A stretch of 64,000 nt of DNA from Patescibacteria group bacterium (GTDB lineage: Bacteria; Patescibacteriota; Minisyncoccia; Phycocordibacterales; UBA9973). Position 1 is the first letter of the stretch; every line of letters begins with the position of its first letter. This document shows, piece by piece, positions 49,033 through 58,040 of the stretch. The notes under the pieces are model-generated. The model was given only the letters and a program-made list of their open reading frames with translations, searched no databases and had not been told where the DNA came from. The DNA lies in the NCBI GenBank assembly GCA_038063915.1, contig JBBTUE010000004.1:102719-166718 (forward strand), given 5' to 3'. A program made the position numbers and the translations under genes.

Positions 49033-50275
49033 AAATAGCGCTGAAATTTTTGACTGTATTATTATTGGTGGAGGAGCTTCCGGCATGATGGCTGGTGCAG
49101 TGGCGGGCGCTCGAGGCAAATCCATTTTAATATTAGATAAAAATAAATCGCTAGGCGAGAAACTGAAAATTACTGGTGGTGGAAGATGTAATATCACTAA
49201 CGCAGAAGAAGATCAGAGGGTATTTCTTTCAAACTATGGTAAGGCTGAAAAATTTCTATACTCTCCGTTCTCACTATTTGGGGCCAAAGATACGTTTCGA
49301 TACTTTGAAGACCGGGGACTTCCACTCGTCGTCCAAGCACGCAAACGTGCGTTTCCTCACACAGAAAAAGCGACTGACGTGCAGATACTTCTAAATAAAG
49401 AACTCATCAAAAATCGTGTGGCTATTAAGACTAGTTGCACAGTTCGAACGGTTCACTTTAAGAATAAATCAATTGTTTCTGTCGACACAAGCCAAGGTGC
49501 GTTTAAAGCTCACTCTTTTATCCTCTCTACTGGTGGTATGTCACATCCGGAAACTGGAGCAACAGGGGACGGCTTTAAATTTCTCAAAGATCTAGGCCAC
49601 AGCATAAAAGAACCGACTCCGTCTATCGTGCCTCTAGAAGTGAGTGATAAATGGATTCATATGCTAGCTGGTGTCTCACTTTCATTTATGAAAATTACTT
49701 TTTTCGTAGATGGTAAGAAAGCTTTTTCAAAGACAGGCAAAGTACTCTTTACTCATTTCGGTCTCTCAGGCCCACTCATACTAAATAGTGCAAGCCTTGT
49801 CAGTGACCTACTCCAGAGTGGCAAAGTCACAGCTACGATTGACGCATACCCTGATACAAACCATGGTGAGCTGTCTAGTAAAATTGTAAAGATATTTGAT
49901 ACCAATAAAAACAAAATGCTCAAAACCGTTTTTAAAGATATTGTACCCGATGGTACTCACAAAGCCATCGCGATAATTCTCGAAGATATAGATTTTGAAA
50001 AGAAAGTTCATAGTATTACAAAAGAAGAAAGGAAAAAGATTGTAGATATATTAAAAGCGTTACCTGTAAATATCACAAATCTTATGGGCTACGATAGGGC
50101 AGTTGTTGCTGACGGGGGAGTGATGCTAGAGGAAGTCGATACAAAGACTATGCGCTCAAAATTATTTGATAATTTATATATCACTGGGGATTTACTAAAC
50201 ATAAACCGCCCATCGGGCGGTTACGGACTACAACTATGCTGGACTACAGGGTATGTAGCTGGGATCTCTGTTTAA
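49025..50275 (+). CDS. HI0933/BaiN/RdsA family flavoprotein
   Basis: GGGASG, GEKLKITGGGRCNITN, TGGMS.P.TG.TGDG, LFTHFG.SGP, GGY.LQ. Confidence 0.9.
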   Translation: MPKNSAEIFDCIIIGGGASGMMAGAVAGARGKSILILDKNKSLGEKLKITGGGRCNITNAEEDQRVFLSNYGKAEKFLYSPFSLFGAKDTFRYFEDRGLPLVVQARKRAFPHTEKATDVQILLNKELIKNRVAIKTSCTVRTVHFKNKSIVSVDTSQGAFKAHSFILSTGGMSHPETGATGDGFKFLKDLGHSIKEPTPSIVPLEVSDKWIHMLAGVSLSFMKITFFVDGKKAFSKTGKVLFTHFGLSGPLILNSASLVSDLLQSGKVTATIDAYPDTNHGELSSKIVKIFDTNKNKMLKTVFKDIVPDGTHKAIAIILEDIDFEKKVHSITKEERKKIVDILKALPVNITNLMGYDRAVVADGGVMLEEVDTKTMRSKLFDNLYITGDLLNINRPSGGYGLQLCWTTGYVAGISV

Positions 50276-51291
50276 CTGTGCTTGATTTCCTTTCTATAGA
50301 TAGAAACTAGACTATACAATAAACTCAAAACAAGAGGCCCTATCAACACTCCGACTGGGCCCATCAGCGCAACTCCACCTAATATGGAGAATAATATAAA
50401 CAATGAAGGTATTTCAGTATTTTTTGATATTACATATGGCGCAAGGAAATTGTCTATCATGCCGACAAGTAGTAAGGCCCACAAAAGAAGCCCTAGAGCC
50501 GGTAGGTGTGCCCCAGTGAAGTATAAGAACAGAATCGCAGGTACGGTCACTATAGAGACGCCTATCGTTGGTACAAATGAAGCCATACCAGCAACCACAC
50601 CCCAAAGTGCTGGACTTGGAACACCGAAAATTGTAAGTCCAATGCCCGCTAGTATTCCTTGTGCAATTGCGATTAGAAATGAGCCCTTGAGGATACGATT
50701 TATAGCGCTTTTTAATTTATTTAATATCTCTTCTACATGGCTATCTGATAAAGGAGACAAACTAACCAGATTCTTCCTCCAATGCTCGCCATCTTTGAGT
50801 ATATAGAAAATAGTGAGAATCATTATAAGGAACATCAAGAGTGAGTTGAAAGTTGCAGTAAAGAAGCTAGTGACATTGTTTGATAAAAATACTCCAAGAT
50901 CGTGGATCTTTGCTTCCATGTCGAAAGTAAAACCATTTGGCATAGCATTATTGATTGAAGCGTCAATTCTCTGCACTAATTCATTCGTATTTGCACCCCC
51001 AGATATCAAATGGTAAACATCTTGAGCTTGGTTGAATATAACAGTTCCTATAAAGAAAAGTGGTCCGCATAAAATAATAAGAAATAATATAACAGTAATA
51101 ACCGAAGCAAGCCAAGCAGTACCCTTTGTGATACGACGTTTAATCCATAAATAAACTGGCTCGAGCACTACAGCAAAAGCTCCGGCAAGAACTACAACCG
51201 TAATGAATGGCCAAAATATTGCAATGGTAAGTACGATCACTATAGCAAGTAGAGCGAATAAGAAATATTTCTCAATTAAAGATGTGTGCAT
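50272..51291 (-). CDS. AI-2E family transporter
   Basis: Multi-TM protein; P..G, IDNFL.P, G..G.LIGP motifs. Confidence 0.85.
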   Translation of the reverse strand: MHTSLIEKYFLFALLAIVIVLTIAIFWPFITVVVLAGAFAVVLEPVYLWIKRRITKGTAWLASVITVILFLIILCGPLFFIGTVIFNQAQDVYHLISGGANTNELVQRIDASINNAMPNGFTFDMEAKIHDLGVFLSNNVTSFFTATFNSLLMFLIMILTIFYILKDGEHWRKNLVSLSPLSDSHVEEILNKLKSAINRILKGSFLIAIAQGILAGIGLTIFGVPSPALWGVVAGMASFVPTIGVSIVTVPAILFLYFTGAHLPALGLLLWALLLVGMIDNFLAPYVISKNTEIPSLFILFSILGGVALMGPVGVLIGPLVLSLLYSLVSIYRKEIKHS

Positions 51292-51390
51292 ATATGGTAA
51301 TTGTACCATAGGATATATGTATAGAGTACAGCGTTTGACTACACCATGTTTTTGTAGTACTATGATGGAAAAATAAAATAATAAAGCACA

Positions 51391-51750
51391 ATGAAAACGA
51401 AACAGGTTATCTACGCCGTTTTATGGGGAATATTATATATCCTCGCCACATACTTTTTCTGGAAAATATTTTTACCATTTGTGTCACAACCCAAAACAGC
51501 CGAGGACCAGGGAACTGATGTCGGACTTGCTCCATTTGAAATAGCTCTTGGAGTATGGTGGTGTTTGGGTTTATGTGGAGCGTATGAAAGAATTAATCCA
51601 AAGAATCCTAATTTAGCGGCAGCAGTAATAACTGTTGGGACAATAATTTCACCACTTTGGTGGGTACCGATCGGAATAGTGTGGCTCGCTATAAAAAGCG
51701 TGAAAAGCCTCATATTGTTTTTCAAAACCAGCCAGTTTGCGATTAGGTAA
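51391..51750 (+). CDS. Hypothetical membrane protein
   Basis: About three TM segments; TTGACT-17-TACTAT promoter at 51335-51363. Confidence 0.6.
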   Translation: MKTKQVIYAVLWGILYILATYFFWKIFLPFVSQPKTAEDQGTDVGLAPFEIALGVWWCLGLCGAYERINPKNPNLAAAVITVGTIISPLWWVPIGIVWLAIKSVKSLILFFKTSQFAIR

Positions 51751-51806
51751 CCGTATAAAAGTTAGGTTCTCTATAAATCTTTTCTTTCACATTAAAATAC
51801 TCCAAA

Positions 51807-52067
51807 ATGAGTGAAAAAAAACTTCAAACCCGTGATTATATTAAACTCAATCTAAGATTCAGAAGCACTACATATCAGTGCAAACTAAACCTTGATGAAG
51901 GGACTATAATTGGCGCAACAGAAGTCTCCAGAATTGTACGCAAAGCATTTAAGATAGATATCCCGACTGCAGAAATAAGCTATGATGTGCAGAAAGTATC
52001 AAAAAAAGAATTTGATGATTTGAAATGCGACATTTTTTTCAAATATCGTTCCCCAGTTCGTTGCTGA
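51807..52067 (+). CDS. Hypothetical protein
   Basis: ORF with A-rich leader, followed by a terminator. Confidence 0.55.
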   Translation: MSEKKLQTRDYIKLNLRFRSTTYQCKLNLDEGTIIGATEVSRIVRKAFKIDIPTAEISYDVQKVSKKEFDDLKCDIFFKYRSPVRC

Positions 52068-52085
52068 GCATAAAATAGTTGAAAT

Positions 52086-52117
52086 AAAAAGAGAATACAG
52101 GGATGTATTCTCTTTTT
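52086..52117. terminator. Bidirectional terminator
   Basis: AAAAAGAGAATACA-ggga-TGTATTCTCTTTTT. Confidence 0.8.
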
Positions 52118-52126
52118 CTTATTAAG

Positions 52127-52723
52127 TTATTTTTGTAACAACACCTCAAGCCACGTTTGGCCCCTTAACTCATTCGTTTCATTTTTAATAATATTAAAAT
52201 TACCGGCAAATCTCTCGATATCTTCCTTAGAATAAAGGTAATAGGTTCTTATTCCAAATTCGTCTTCCTTTTCAATTTCTTTATAAACTTCACTATATTT
52301 CATGGAAAGGCGAGCGACCCCTCCTGTATTTAAAGCGCTGTACAATTCTCGTAAAACCTTTTCAAAGCTATCTTTCGGGACATGTATAAGGGAAGCAAAG
52401 GCAAATGCTATGTCTAAATTTTTCGGGAAAGTATAATTTTCAATATCAGCAACTTCAAATTTTCCCTCCGGAACATTTTCTTTAGCAATTTCTATGAATT
52501 TCAGAGCTACATCAATTCCTAGATAGTTATTAGTCCGCTTTACTATCTCTTTTGCATCCCTACCGTTACCACAGCCGATTTCCAATACTGAAGGGTTTTC
52601 TTTTGGGACAAGTTTGAATGTTTCATCGATATCTTCAACTCTCGCTCCTAAATTGTCGAATTTCTCTGCCATGTTATCCGCAGTCAGATTATAGGTATCG
52701 ATAGTTTGCTGTTTTTTATTCAT
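52127..52723 (-). CDS. Class I SAM-dependent methyltransferase
   Basis: VLEIGCGNGRD, YLGID, ASLIHVP. Confidence 0.9.
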   Translation of the reverse strand: MNKKQQTIDTYNLTADNMAEKFDNLGARVEDIDETFKLVPKENPSVLEIGCGNGRDAKEIVKRTNNYLGIDVALKFIEIAKENVPEGKFEVADIENYTFPKNLDIAFAFASLIHVPKDSFEKVLRELYSALNTGGVARLSMKYSEVYKEIEKEDEFGIRTYYLYSKEDIERFAGNFNIIKNETNELRGQTWLEVLLQK

Positions 52724-53399
52724 GATTAACGAAAATTTTATAGGAATCTATTTCCCTTTGTAATCTCGATAGTTTGTAAGGAGTATCTGCTCTATCAAGT
52801 TCACTGATATAGTGCTCTAACATTCCTACTTTGTCTAGTAATAATGGTAAGTATGTCGCTATTGCAGATTCTGTAGTCATACCGACATCGTATGCTTCCT
52901 TCGGTATTTTTGAATGAATATTCTCAAGAGCGTTGTATAGATTAGTCTCTAGATCTTTTTTATCTTTTTTAAAAGTTTCCTCGGTTTCTTTCTTCTGCTT
53001 TTCTTCTTCTATTGCTTTTTCTTTCCTACTATTGTTCCATTCAAGTTCGTTGATTTTGCTTTGGATTCTACTGATCTCCTTATTGATTGGCTGTAGCTGG
53101 GTAACTTTAAAGTCATTCTCTTTATCTAGGGTAGCCAGTGCCTCTTCATAGTCGTTATTAGTTGATTCTATGTATAGTCTTATGGTTTCAATATTATTTG
53201 GACCAAATCTATTTATTGAGTCCATCATTAAATCATAAAGCTCGACATTATAAAACTCGGAAGCCTTATTCTTGGTTTGTTCTAATCTTTGCTTTGCATT
53301 AGTGAGTTCTAGTTCAAGCTCCTCCTTTGAAGCAGTGTTCCCTTGTTCGGTTATTGAGGGCGCAGTTGTCTTTAGCTCTATACTGTTTTTCTTATCCAT
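52716..53399 (-). CDS. Hypothetical coiled-coil protein
   Basis: E/K-rich helical ORF overlapping the methyltransferase start. Confidence 0.65.
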   Translation of the reverse strand: MDKKNSIELKTTAPSITEQGNTASKEELELELTNAKQRLEQTKNKASEFYNVELYDLMMDSINRFGPNNIETIRLYIESTNNDYEEALATLDKENDFKVTQLQPINKEISRIQSKINELEWNNSRKEKAIEEEKQKKETEETFKKDKKDLETNLYNALENIHSKIPKEAYDVGMTTESAIATYLPLLLDKVGMLEHYISELDRADTPYKLSRLQREIDSYKIFVNHE

Positions 53400-53438
53400 A
53401 CTAGGTCAATTATACATCAGTGGTTGGTATTTTTAAAC

Positions 53439-53471
53439 TATTGTTGACAAATGATGGGTAAATTGTAGTAT
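53439..53471 (+). promoter_or_regulatory. Promoter repeat, copy 1 (TTGACA-16-TAGTAT)
   Basis: 31/33 identical to 53916-53948. Confidence 0.75.
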
Positions 53472-53505
53472 AAAGAAAAATCCTTAATTTTAAAATCTTC
53501 TAATC

Positions 53506-53847
53506 ATGGTAAAAGATTCAGTAATCAAAAGCCTGAGCTTAGGCATAGGAGATGTAGTAAAGATTGTCTTAGATGATTTTTATTACAAAATAGACCCTCC
53601 AACAGAAAAGGTAAATTGGCCAGTCCTCCATACTGGTTATGGAAAAAAGGACGAAGAGGATTGGATTCCTTGCAAAGAAGTGACTGGTTCGTATTGTGGT
53701 GATAATTACAAACAAGAACCACACAGGATAAATATCATAAAAATAAGAATTTCAAAACCTTTCAAGATGAGTAGTGAATATAGAAATTATGTTGAGTTTT
53801 CACCCTCACGAATAATATCTATTGAAAGGGAGTTGGTCACAGCATAA
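53506..53847 (+). CDS. Hypothetical protein (possibly SH3/Sm-like beta barrel)
   Basis: Own promoter and terminator; IGDVVKI...I.SIE pattern. Confidence 0.6.
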   Translation: MVKDSVIKSLSLGIGDVVKIVLDDFYYKIDPPTEKVNWPVLHTGYGKKDEEDWIPCKEVTGSYCGDNYKQEPHRINIIKIRISKPFKMSSEYRNYVEFSPSRIISIERELVTA

Positions 53848-53915
53848 ATTAATATAAAAAATATTTTCAATAAGGAGGGATGGATCACCGTCGCTCCTTT
53901 TTTGTTTTAAATATA

Positions 53916-53948
53916 TATTGTTGACAAATAATGAGTAAATTGTAGTAT
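53916..53948 (+). promoter_or_regulatory. Promoter repeat, copy 2 (TTGACA-16-TAGTAT)
   Basis: 31/33 identical to 53439-53471. Confidence 0.75.
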
Positions 53949-53986
53949 GGGTTTAAAATATATGTAAATCACTAAAACTTCATACA

Positions 53987-54616
53987 ATGAGCAAAAGTAG
54001 GAAAAGAAACTTGTTTTTCGACTTGGATGGTATGAAGTTTAATACTCTACCAGCCCATGTGGCCTATGTGAACCATCGCTATGGAATAAATACTTTACCT
54101 GAAGAATATATAGGGAAAAATGATAGCTTTGATTCTGTAATAAAGAGACATGCCACTGATGTCACCCTAACTTGGGAGGGAATATACAAAGACCTCGGAG
54201 AGAATTTCCACTCATCAGTAGAGTGGCATAAGGATGTGAAGCCGATGGAGGATATGTGTGAAGTAGTTCCACTGCTTTCAAAAAAATATAACCTCTACAC
54301 CGTAACTGCACGGCAAAAAAATGGGCAACACGTTGTCCAATATCTATTGGACAAGTATATACCGAACTGTATAAGGGATATACATTGTAGTTGGGACTAT
54401 ATTCCCGGGGTAGGGTTCGTCGAAGTTCAAAAAAAGGATTTTATCCAAAAGACGGAAGGAGAAAATGTTGCATTTTTTGATGACTCACTCAAGGAAGTCA
54501 AAAGGGCCCAGAATGTAATCACTTCTCATCTATTTGATCCTAATAGTTCCTATAAAGATATCAATGGCATGAATCGTATTGAAAGCTGGAAACGGATTGG
54601 GGAACTGTATCTTTAA
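53987..54616 (+). CDS. HAD-family phosphatase (5'(3')-deoxyribonucleotidase-like)
   Basis: FDLDG, VTAR, K, FFDDS motifs; C-terminal RIESW. Confidence 0.75.
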   Translation: MSKSRKRNLFFDLDGMKFNTLPAHVAYVNHRYGINTLPEEYIGKNDSFDSVIKRHATDVTLTWEGIYKDLGENFHSSVEWHKDVKPMEDMCEVVPLLSKKYNLYTVTARQKNGQHVVQYLLDKYIPNCIRDIHCSWDYIPGVGFVEVQKKDFIQKTEGENVAFFDDSLKEVKRAQNVITSHLFDPNSSYKDINGMNRIESWKRIGELYL

Positions 54617-54663
54617 TATGAACTAATAATAACTTTGAAAAAGCATCATTCCACGATGCTTTT

Positions 54664-54954
54664 TTATATGACTAAAAGCAAAATAGAAAGGAGGACAACA
54701 AAGCCAGCAAAGAACCCGACAATTTTACCAAAGAACAGGAGGGCTTCCTGTTTTTGATTTTCCATGTATAAACGAATAGGTTCGGACAAAAACAAGAATC
54801 CCATAATCGCTGCCGATAGGACAAAAAGGCCGAGCATTACCATCGGTATAAGTATAGTTTCCTTTTGTGGAACATACCTTGTAAAGTTTAAAATTGAAAC
54901 TATAAGGACGATATATACTGTAGCTACCAGTGCATATAAAATTGGCTTTTTCAT
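54664..54954 (-). CDS. Small membrane protein
   Basis: Three TM segments, LFVLSAAIMG.LF..P. Confidence 0.65.
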   Translation of the reverse strand: MKKPILYALVATVYIVLIVSILNFTRYVPQKETILIPMVMLGLFVLSAAIMGFLFLSEPIRLYMENQKQEALLFFGKIVGFFAGFVVLLSILLLVI

Positions 54955-54990
54955 AACTATATTATTATATCAAAATTATCAGTTTTCCGT

Positions 54991-55006
54991 CTGGGACGAA
55001 GTTGGA
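54991..55006. repeat. 16-bp direct repeat, intact copy
   Basis: CTGGGACGAAGTTGGA; second, interrupted copy at 55761-55795. Confidence 0.7.
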
Positions 55007-55022
55007 ACAGTGCTATTGGTAT

Positions 55023-55700
55023 TTAGCGTATATATTTATCATTTGTTTGTACCCATTTCCCTGTATTTTCATTTATTTCAAAAATTAATGATAAATAAAC
55101 ATATTTTCCATTCTTAATTTCTTTTAATACTGTTGGTACATTTTCAAGAGAATCCATAATTATTTCTTTCTTAAAATTTAAGTTAAATATAAATAGAGCC
55201 TGCTTGCTATCAATCCAAAAAACAAAGGCGATATTTTTATTTTTATTCCTCTTGAAGAATTTAGAATATACGTTTTTAAAAGATGTTTTAATTTTATCCC
55301 AAATTTTATCATCGATATCCTCAAGAATTTTTTTTATTGCCCATGGGAAAAATATATAACGTCCAAAAAGATCAAGATTATTGACTATCACGTCTACATA
55401 GCTCAATCCAGTAGATGGGCTACCCATACCAAGACCATCAACCCTAGATAGAAACTCCTCGTATTTAATTTTAACTGTTTCAAGTTCTTCTTCGTGTTTT
55501 TTTGAAATATATATATTAACTTTTAATTCTTTAGGAAAATTATTAAATAAACTCGCAGCTTCTTCCTTGGAGATATTTTCATTTAATAAAAAACTAATCT
55601 CGTTTTCTGATTCAGGATTGATTAATACAGTACTATTTTCATATGCTTTTCTTAAATCCTCCTTATATTCTTCTGCTTTCATATATTCTTCTGTGTTCAT
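55023..55700 (-). CDS. Hypothetical protein, very AT-rich
   Basis: 225-aa ORF lying between the two direct repeats. Confidence 0.65.
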   Translation of the reverse strand: MNTEEYMKAEEYKEDLRKAYENSTVLINPESENEISFLLNENISKEEAASLFNNFPKELKVNIYISKKHEEELETVKIKYEEFLSRVDGLGMGSPSTGLSYVDVIVNNLDLFGRYIFFPWAIKKILEDIDDKIWDKIKTSFKNVYSKFFKRNKNKNIAFVFWIDSKQALFIFNLNFKKEIIMDSLENVPTVLKEIKNGKYVYLSLIFEINENTGKWVQTNDKYIR

Positions 55701-55760
55701 ATTTATTAAATACTATTACTGCCAAAATTTAATTATAATTGTTCCTACAATGCTCTACGC

Positions 55761-55795
55761 CTGGGACGCCCGCCCGCCTCTGGAGGGAAGTTGGA
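55761..55795. repeat. Direct-repeat copy interrupted by a 19-nt GC-rich element
   Basis: CTGGGACG[CCCGCCCGCCTCTGGAGGG]AAGTTGGA. Confidence 0.7.
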
Positions 55796-55808
55796 GTGAG
55801 ATTACTTG

Positions 55809-56357
55809 CTAATCCAGCTGATATTCCCATCCCGGTTGCCAAGATCTTGTTTTGCGCCAATCTTCCGCTAGAGCTTGTTTCCAGGTCTTGCCTTTAAGTA
55901 GGACATCTAGTGAGAGCTGTGGGGCCTTGTGACCAACTAAGGCAACATGTTTGCCGTCGTAATTATTTTTTAAAAATTCTAGGAAATCTGCAATACGTAC
56001 CTTTACATCTTCATAACTTTCTCCTTCAGGAAATTTATTATAAATACATTCATCCTCTTGCATTGGTTCTACAATAGCAGAAGGCGCGGCATTTAGTTTT
56101 CCATAGTTACATTCTCTTAATCTTGAATCAGGAATGATTGGGTAGACTCCATCCCAAGCTAATTTTGCTGACTTGGTTGCACGTTGTAAATCTGAGCAGA
56201 ATACGACATTAAATTTCTTATCTTTAGTCTGGTCTTTTAATTCAATAGATTGCTTTACCCCTAAGTCTGAAAGATCGACATCGGACCATCCCGATGAGAT
56301 TTCCTTTTCATTATCTGTTGTCGTACCGTGGACAAAATACGTGATATAGACTGACAT
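55809..56357 (-). CDS. Histidine phosphatase family protein (VHG in place of RHG)
   Basis: VHGTT.DN, SG..D..L, SDLQRA, LRECNYG, GES, H. Confidence 0.85.
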   Translation of the reverse strand: MSVYITYFVHGTTTDNEKEISSGWSDVDLSDLGVKQSIELKDQTKDKKFNVVFCSDLQRATKSAKLAWDGVYPIIPDSRLRECNYGKLNAAPSAIVEPMQEDECIYNKFPEGESYEDVKVRIADFLEFLKNNYDGKHVALVGHKAPQLSLDVLLKGKTWKQALAEDWRKTRSWQPGWEYQLD

Positions 56358-56433
56358 AAAATGATTATATCATGAGGCTTAATTTCCTACTGCATTGTAA
56401 TTTATCTATTTTTAGTGTATTTTAAAGATGTAT

Positions 56434-56504
56434 TTGGGGATCGTCTAATGGTAGGACAGTGGCCTTTGAAGCCATTAATTGGGGTTCGAATCCCTGTCCC
56501 CAAG
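56434..56504 (+). tRNA. tRNA-Gln (anticodon TTG)
   Basis: TTGGGGA/TCCCCAA, GTGGC-CTTTGAA-GCCAT, TTCGAAT, G73; CCA not encoded. Confidence 0.95.
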
Positions 56505-56506
56505 CA

Positions 56507-56911
56507 ATGGAAACTAAAACTAGAATTGGTGGAATAATTATTCAAGATGGAAAACTTCTTATGTTATTAGGCAAGGGTTATAAAGAACTGTGGACCCCAG
56601 GAGGCAAAATTGATGAAGGTGAAAGTGATGAAGAGTGCCTAAGGAGGGAACTTCAAGAGGAGTTGGGTGTTTCGCTTGTAGAAGCAAAATTTTTCAAAGA
56701 ATATATCGGTCCATCTTTTTATAATCCAGATAAGCACATAACTAAACAGAGAATATATATTATAAAAATAGAAGGCACCATTACTCCTGCAATGGAAATT
56801 GAAAGTTATATATGGTTCACCAAAAAAGATTTTGTAAATAAAAAATACCCCATGATTACTATGACAGAGAAAGAATTAATCCCAGATGTCATAAAGGCTG
56901 GAATTTGGTAA
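56507..56911 (+). CDS. NUDIX hydrolase
   Basis: PGGKIDEGESDEECLRRELQEELG; ATG lies 2 nt after the tRNA discriminator. Confidence 0.88.
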   Translation: METKTRIGGIIIQDGKLLMLLGKGYKELWTPGGKIDEGESDEECLRRELQEELGVSLVEAKFFKEYIGPSFYNPDKHITKQRIYIIKIEGTITPAMEIESYIWFTKKDFVNKKYPMITMTEKELIPDVIKAGIW

Positions 56912-56921
56912 AATACGTACT

Positions 56922-57152
56922 ATGAAAACATACAATAAAAGATTATATAAAAGTAATGATAATAAAGTTATCTCAGGAGTTATGGGAGGACTCGGAGAAT
57001 ATTTCGATATTGACCCAGTAGTTTTCCGTGTAGCTTATACGGCATTCAGCTTCTTCACTGGTATTGTGCCGGGAATGCTCACTTATATATTTATGGCATT
57101 AGTTATGCCAAAAAGACCTGAGGTCGTAGTCGAAAAGTCAGAAGTGAAATAA
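56922..57152 (+). CDS. PspC domain protein
   Basis: KRLY.S..NKVISGV.GGLGEYFDIDP..R. Confidence 0.88.
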   Translation: MKTYNKRLYKSNDNKVISGVMGGLGEYFDIDPVVFRVAYTAFSFFTGIVPGMLTYIFMALVMPKRPEVVVEKSEVK

Positions 57153-57157
57153 TAATA

Positions 57158-57430
57158 ATGGGAAAGAAACTTTGGTTCAAAAGAAAAAGATATGGCTGGG
57201 GTTGGACGCCTTCTACTTGGCAAGGGTGGCTTGTACTAATAGTATATTTGGTAGCTATGGTCAAGAGCTCTATACTTGTCGATATATATTCGCATTCGGG
57301 TAGCGATACTCTTATTGGATACGCATTGCCATTTATTTTATTTACTACAATTTTAATAATTATCTGCTACAAGAAAGGTGAGGCGCCCAAATGGCAGTGG
57401 GGAAAGAGTGATATTGACAAAGTAAATTAA
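57158..57430 (+). CDS. Small membrane protein
   Basis: WFKRKRYGWGWTP.TWQGW, two TM helices, P.WQWG. Confidence 0.75.
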   Translation: MGKKLWFKRKRYGWGWTPSTWQGWLVLIVYLVAMVKSSILVDIYSHSGSDTLIGYALPFILFTTILIIICYKKGEAPKWQWGKSDIDKVN

Positions 57431-57451
57431 GGGCGTTATAGTGTGCATATT

Positions 57452-57916
57452 ATGAAAAAGACATTTACAATACTTTCAATATTTATCATTTTGATAGGAG
57501 TTGGGCTATTGTCCTACCCAAAGTCTTCATCTGCTGATTGGGGCTTCGGCATCAGTATAGGAGGAGGCTATGCTGGCTATAATAACTATGGTGGTGGATA
57601 CGGCAATCAATACTACGGTGGTGGCTATGGGGGCAATTATGGAGGCTACGGAGGAGGTTATAACAACATGTATCCAACTATGGGCTACTATGGCAATACA
57701 TATGGTGGTGGAGGATACGGTGGCTATGGATACCCAGTAAATAATAATTATGGCAATAATGGCTACAATGCTGGCTACGGATATACGAATACAAACTACG
57801 GCTATCCTTATGCCGGAAATATTTCCCCAACATATGGCAATTACTACGGAGGCCAAGGATTTGGCAATAATTACGGATATAGTAACTACGGCAACGGCCC
57901 ATCTTGGACTCACTAA
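57452..57916 (+). CDS. Secreted Gly/Tyr/Asn-rich low-complexity protein
   Basis: Signal peptide followed by GGY/NNYG repeats; terminator at 57933-57966. Confidence 0.75.
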   Translation: MKKTFTILSIFIILIGVGLLSYPKSSSADWGFGISIGGGYAGYNNYGGGYGNQYYGGGYGGNYGGYGGGYNNMYPTMGYYGNTYGGGGYGGYGYPVNNNYGNNGYNAGYGYTNTNYGYPYAGNISPTYGNYYGGQGFGNNYGYSNYGNGPSWTH

Positions 57917-57932
57917 TATTTATTAAAGTTCA

Positions 57933-57966
57933 AACTAAAAATCCTCCACTCGGAGGATTTTTAGTT
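57933..57966 (+). terminator. Intrinsic terminator
   Basis: AACTAAAAATCCTCC-actc-GGAGGATTTTTAGTT. Confidence 0.8.
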
Positions 57967-58040
57967 GCTCTCTATCTATTTGACTTTAGGAGTCTTCCGT
58001 GATATAATTCGCAAAAATCTAAAATTAAATCATCTTTATT

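Noticed and set aside
56459-56506. N-terminal extension of the NUDIX ORF in the supplied track
   Set aside because: It lies within tRNA-Gln; the true start is ATG 56507
57527-57913. Hydrophobic antisense ORF or CRISPR-like repeats
   Set aside because: Mirror of the Gly/Tyr/Asn codon repeats; no fixed repeat-spacer periodicity
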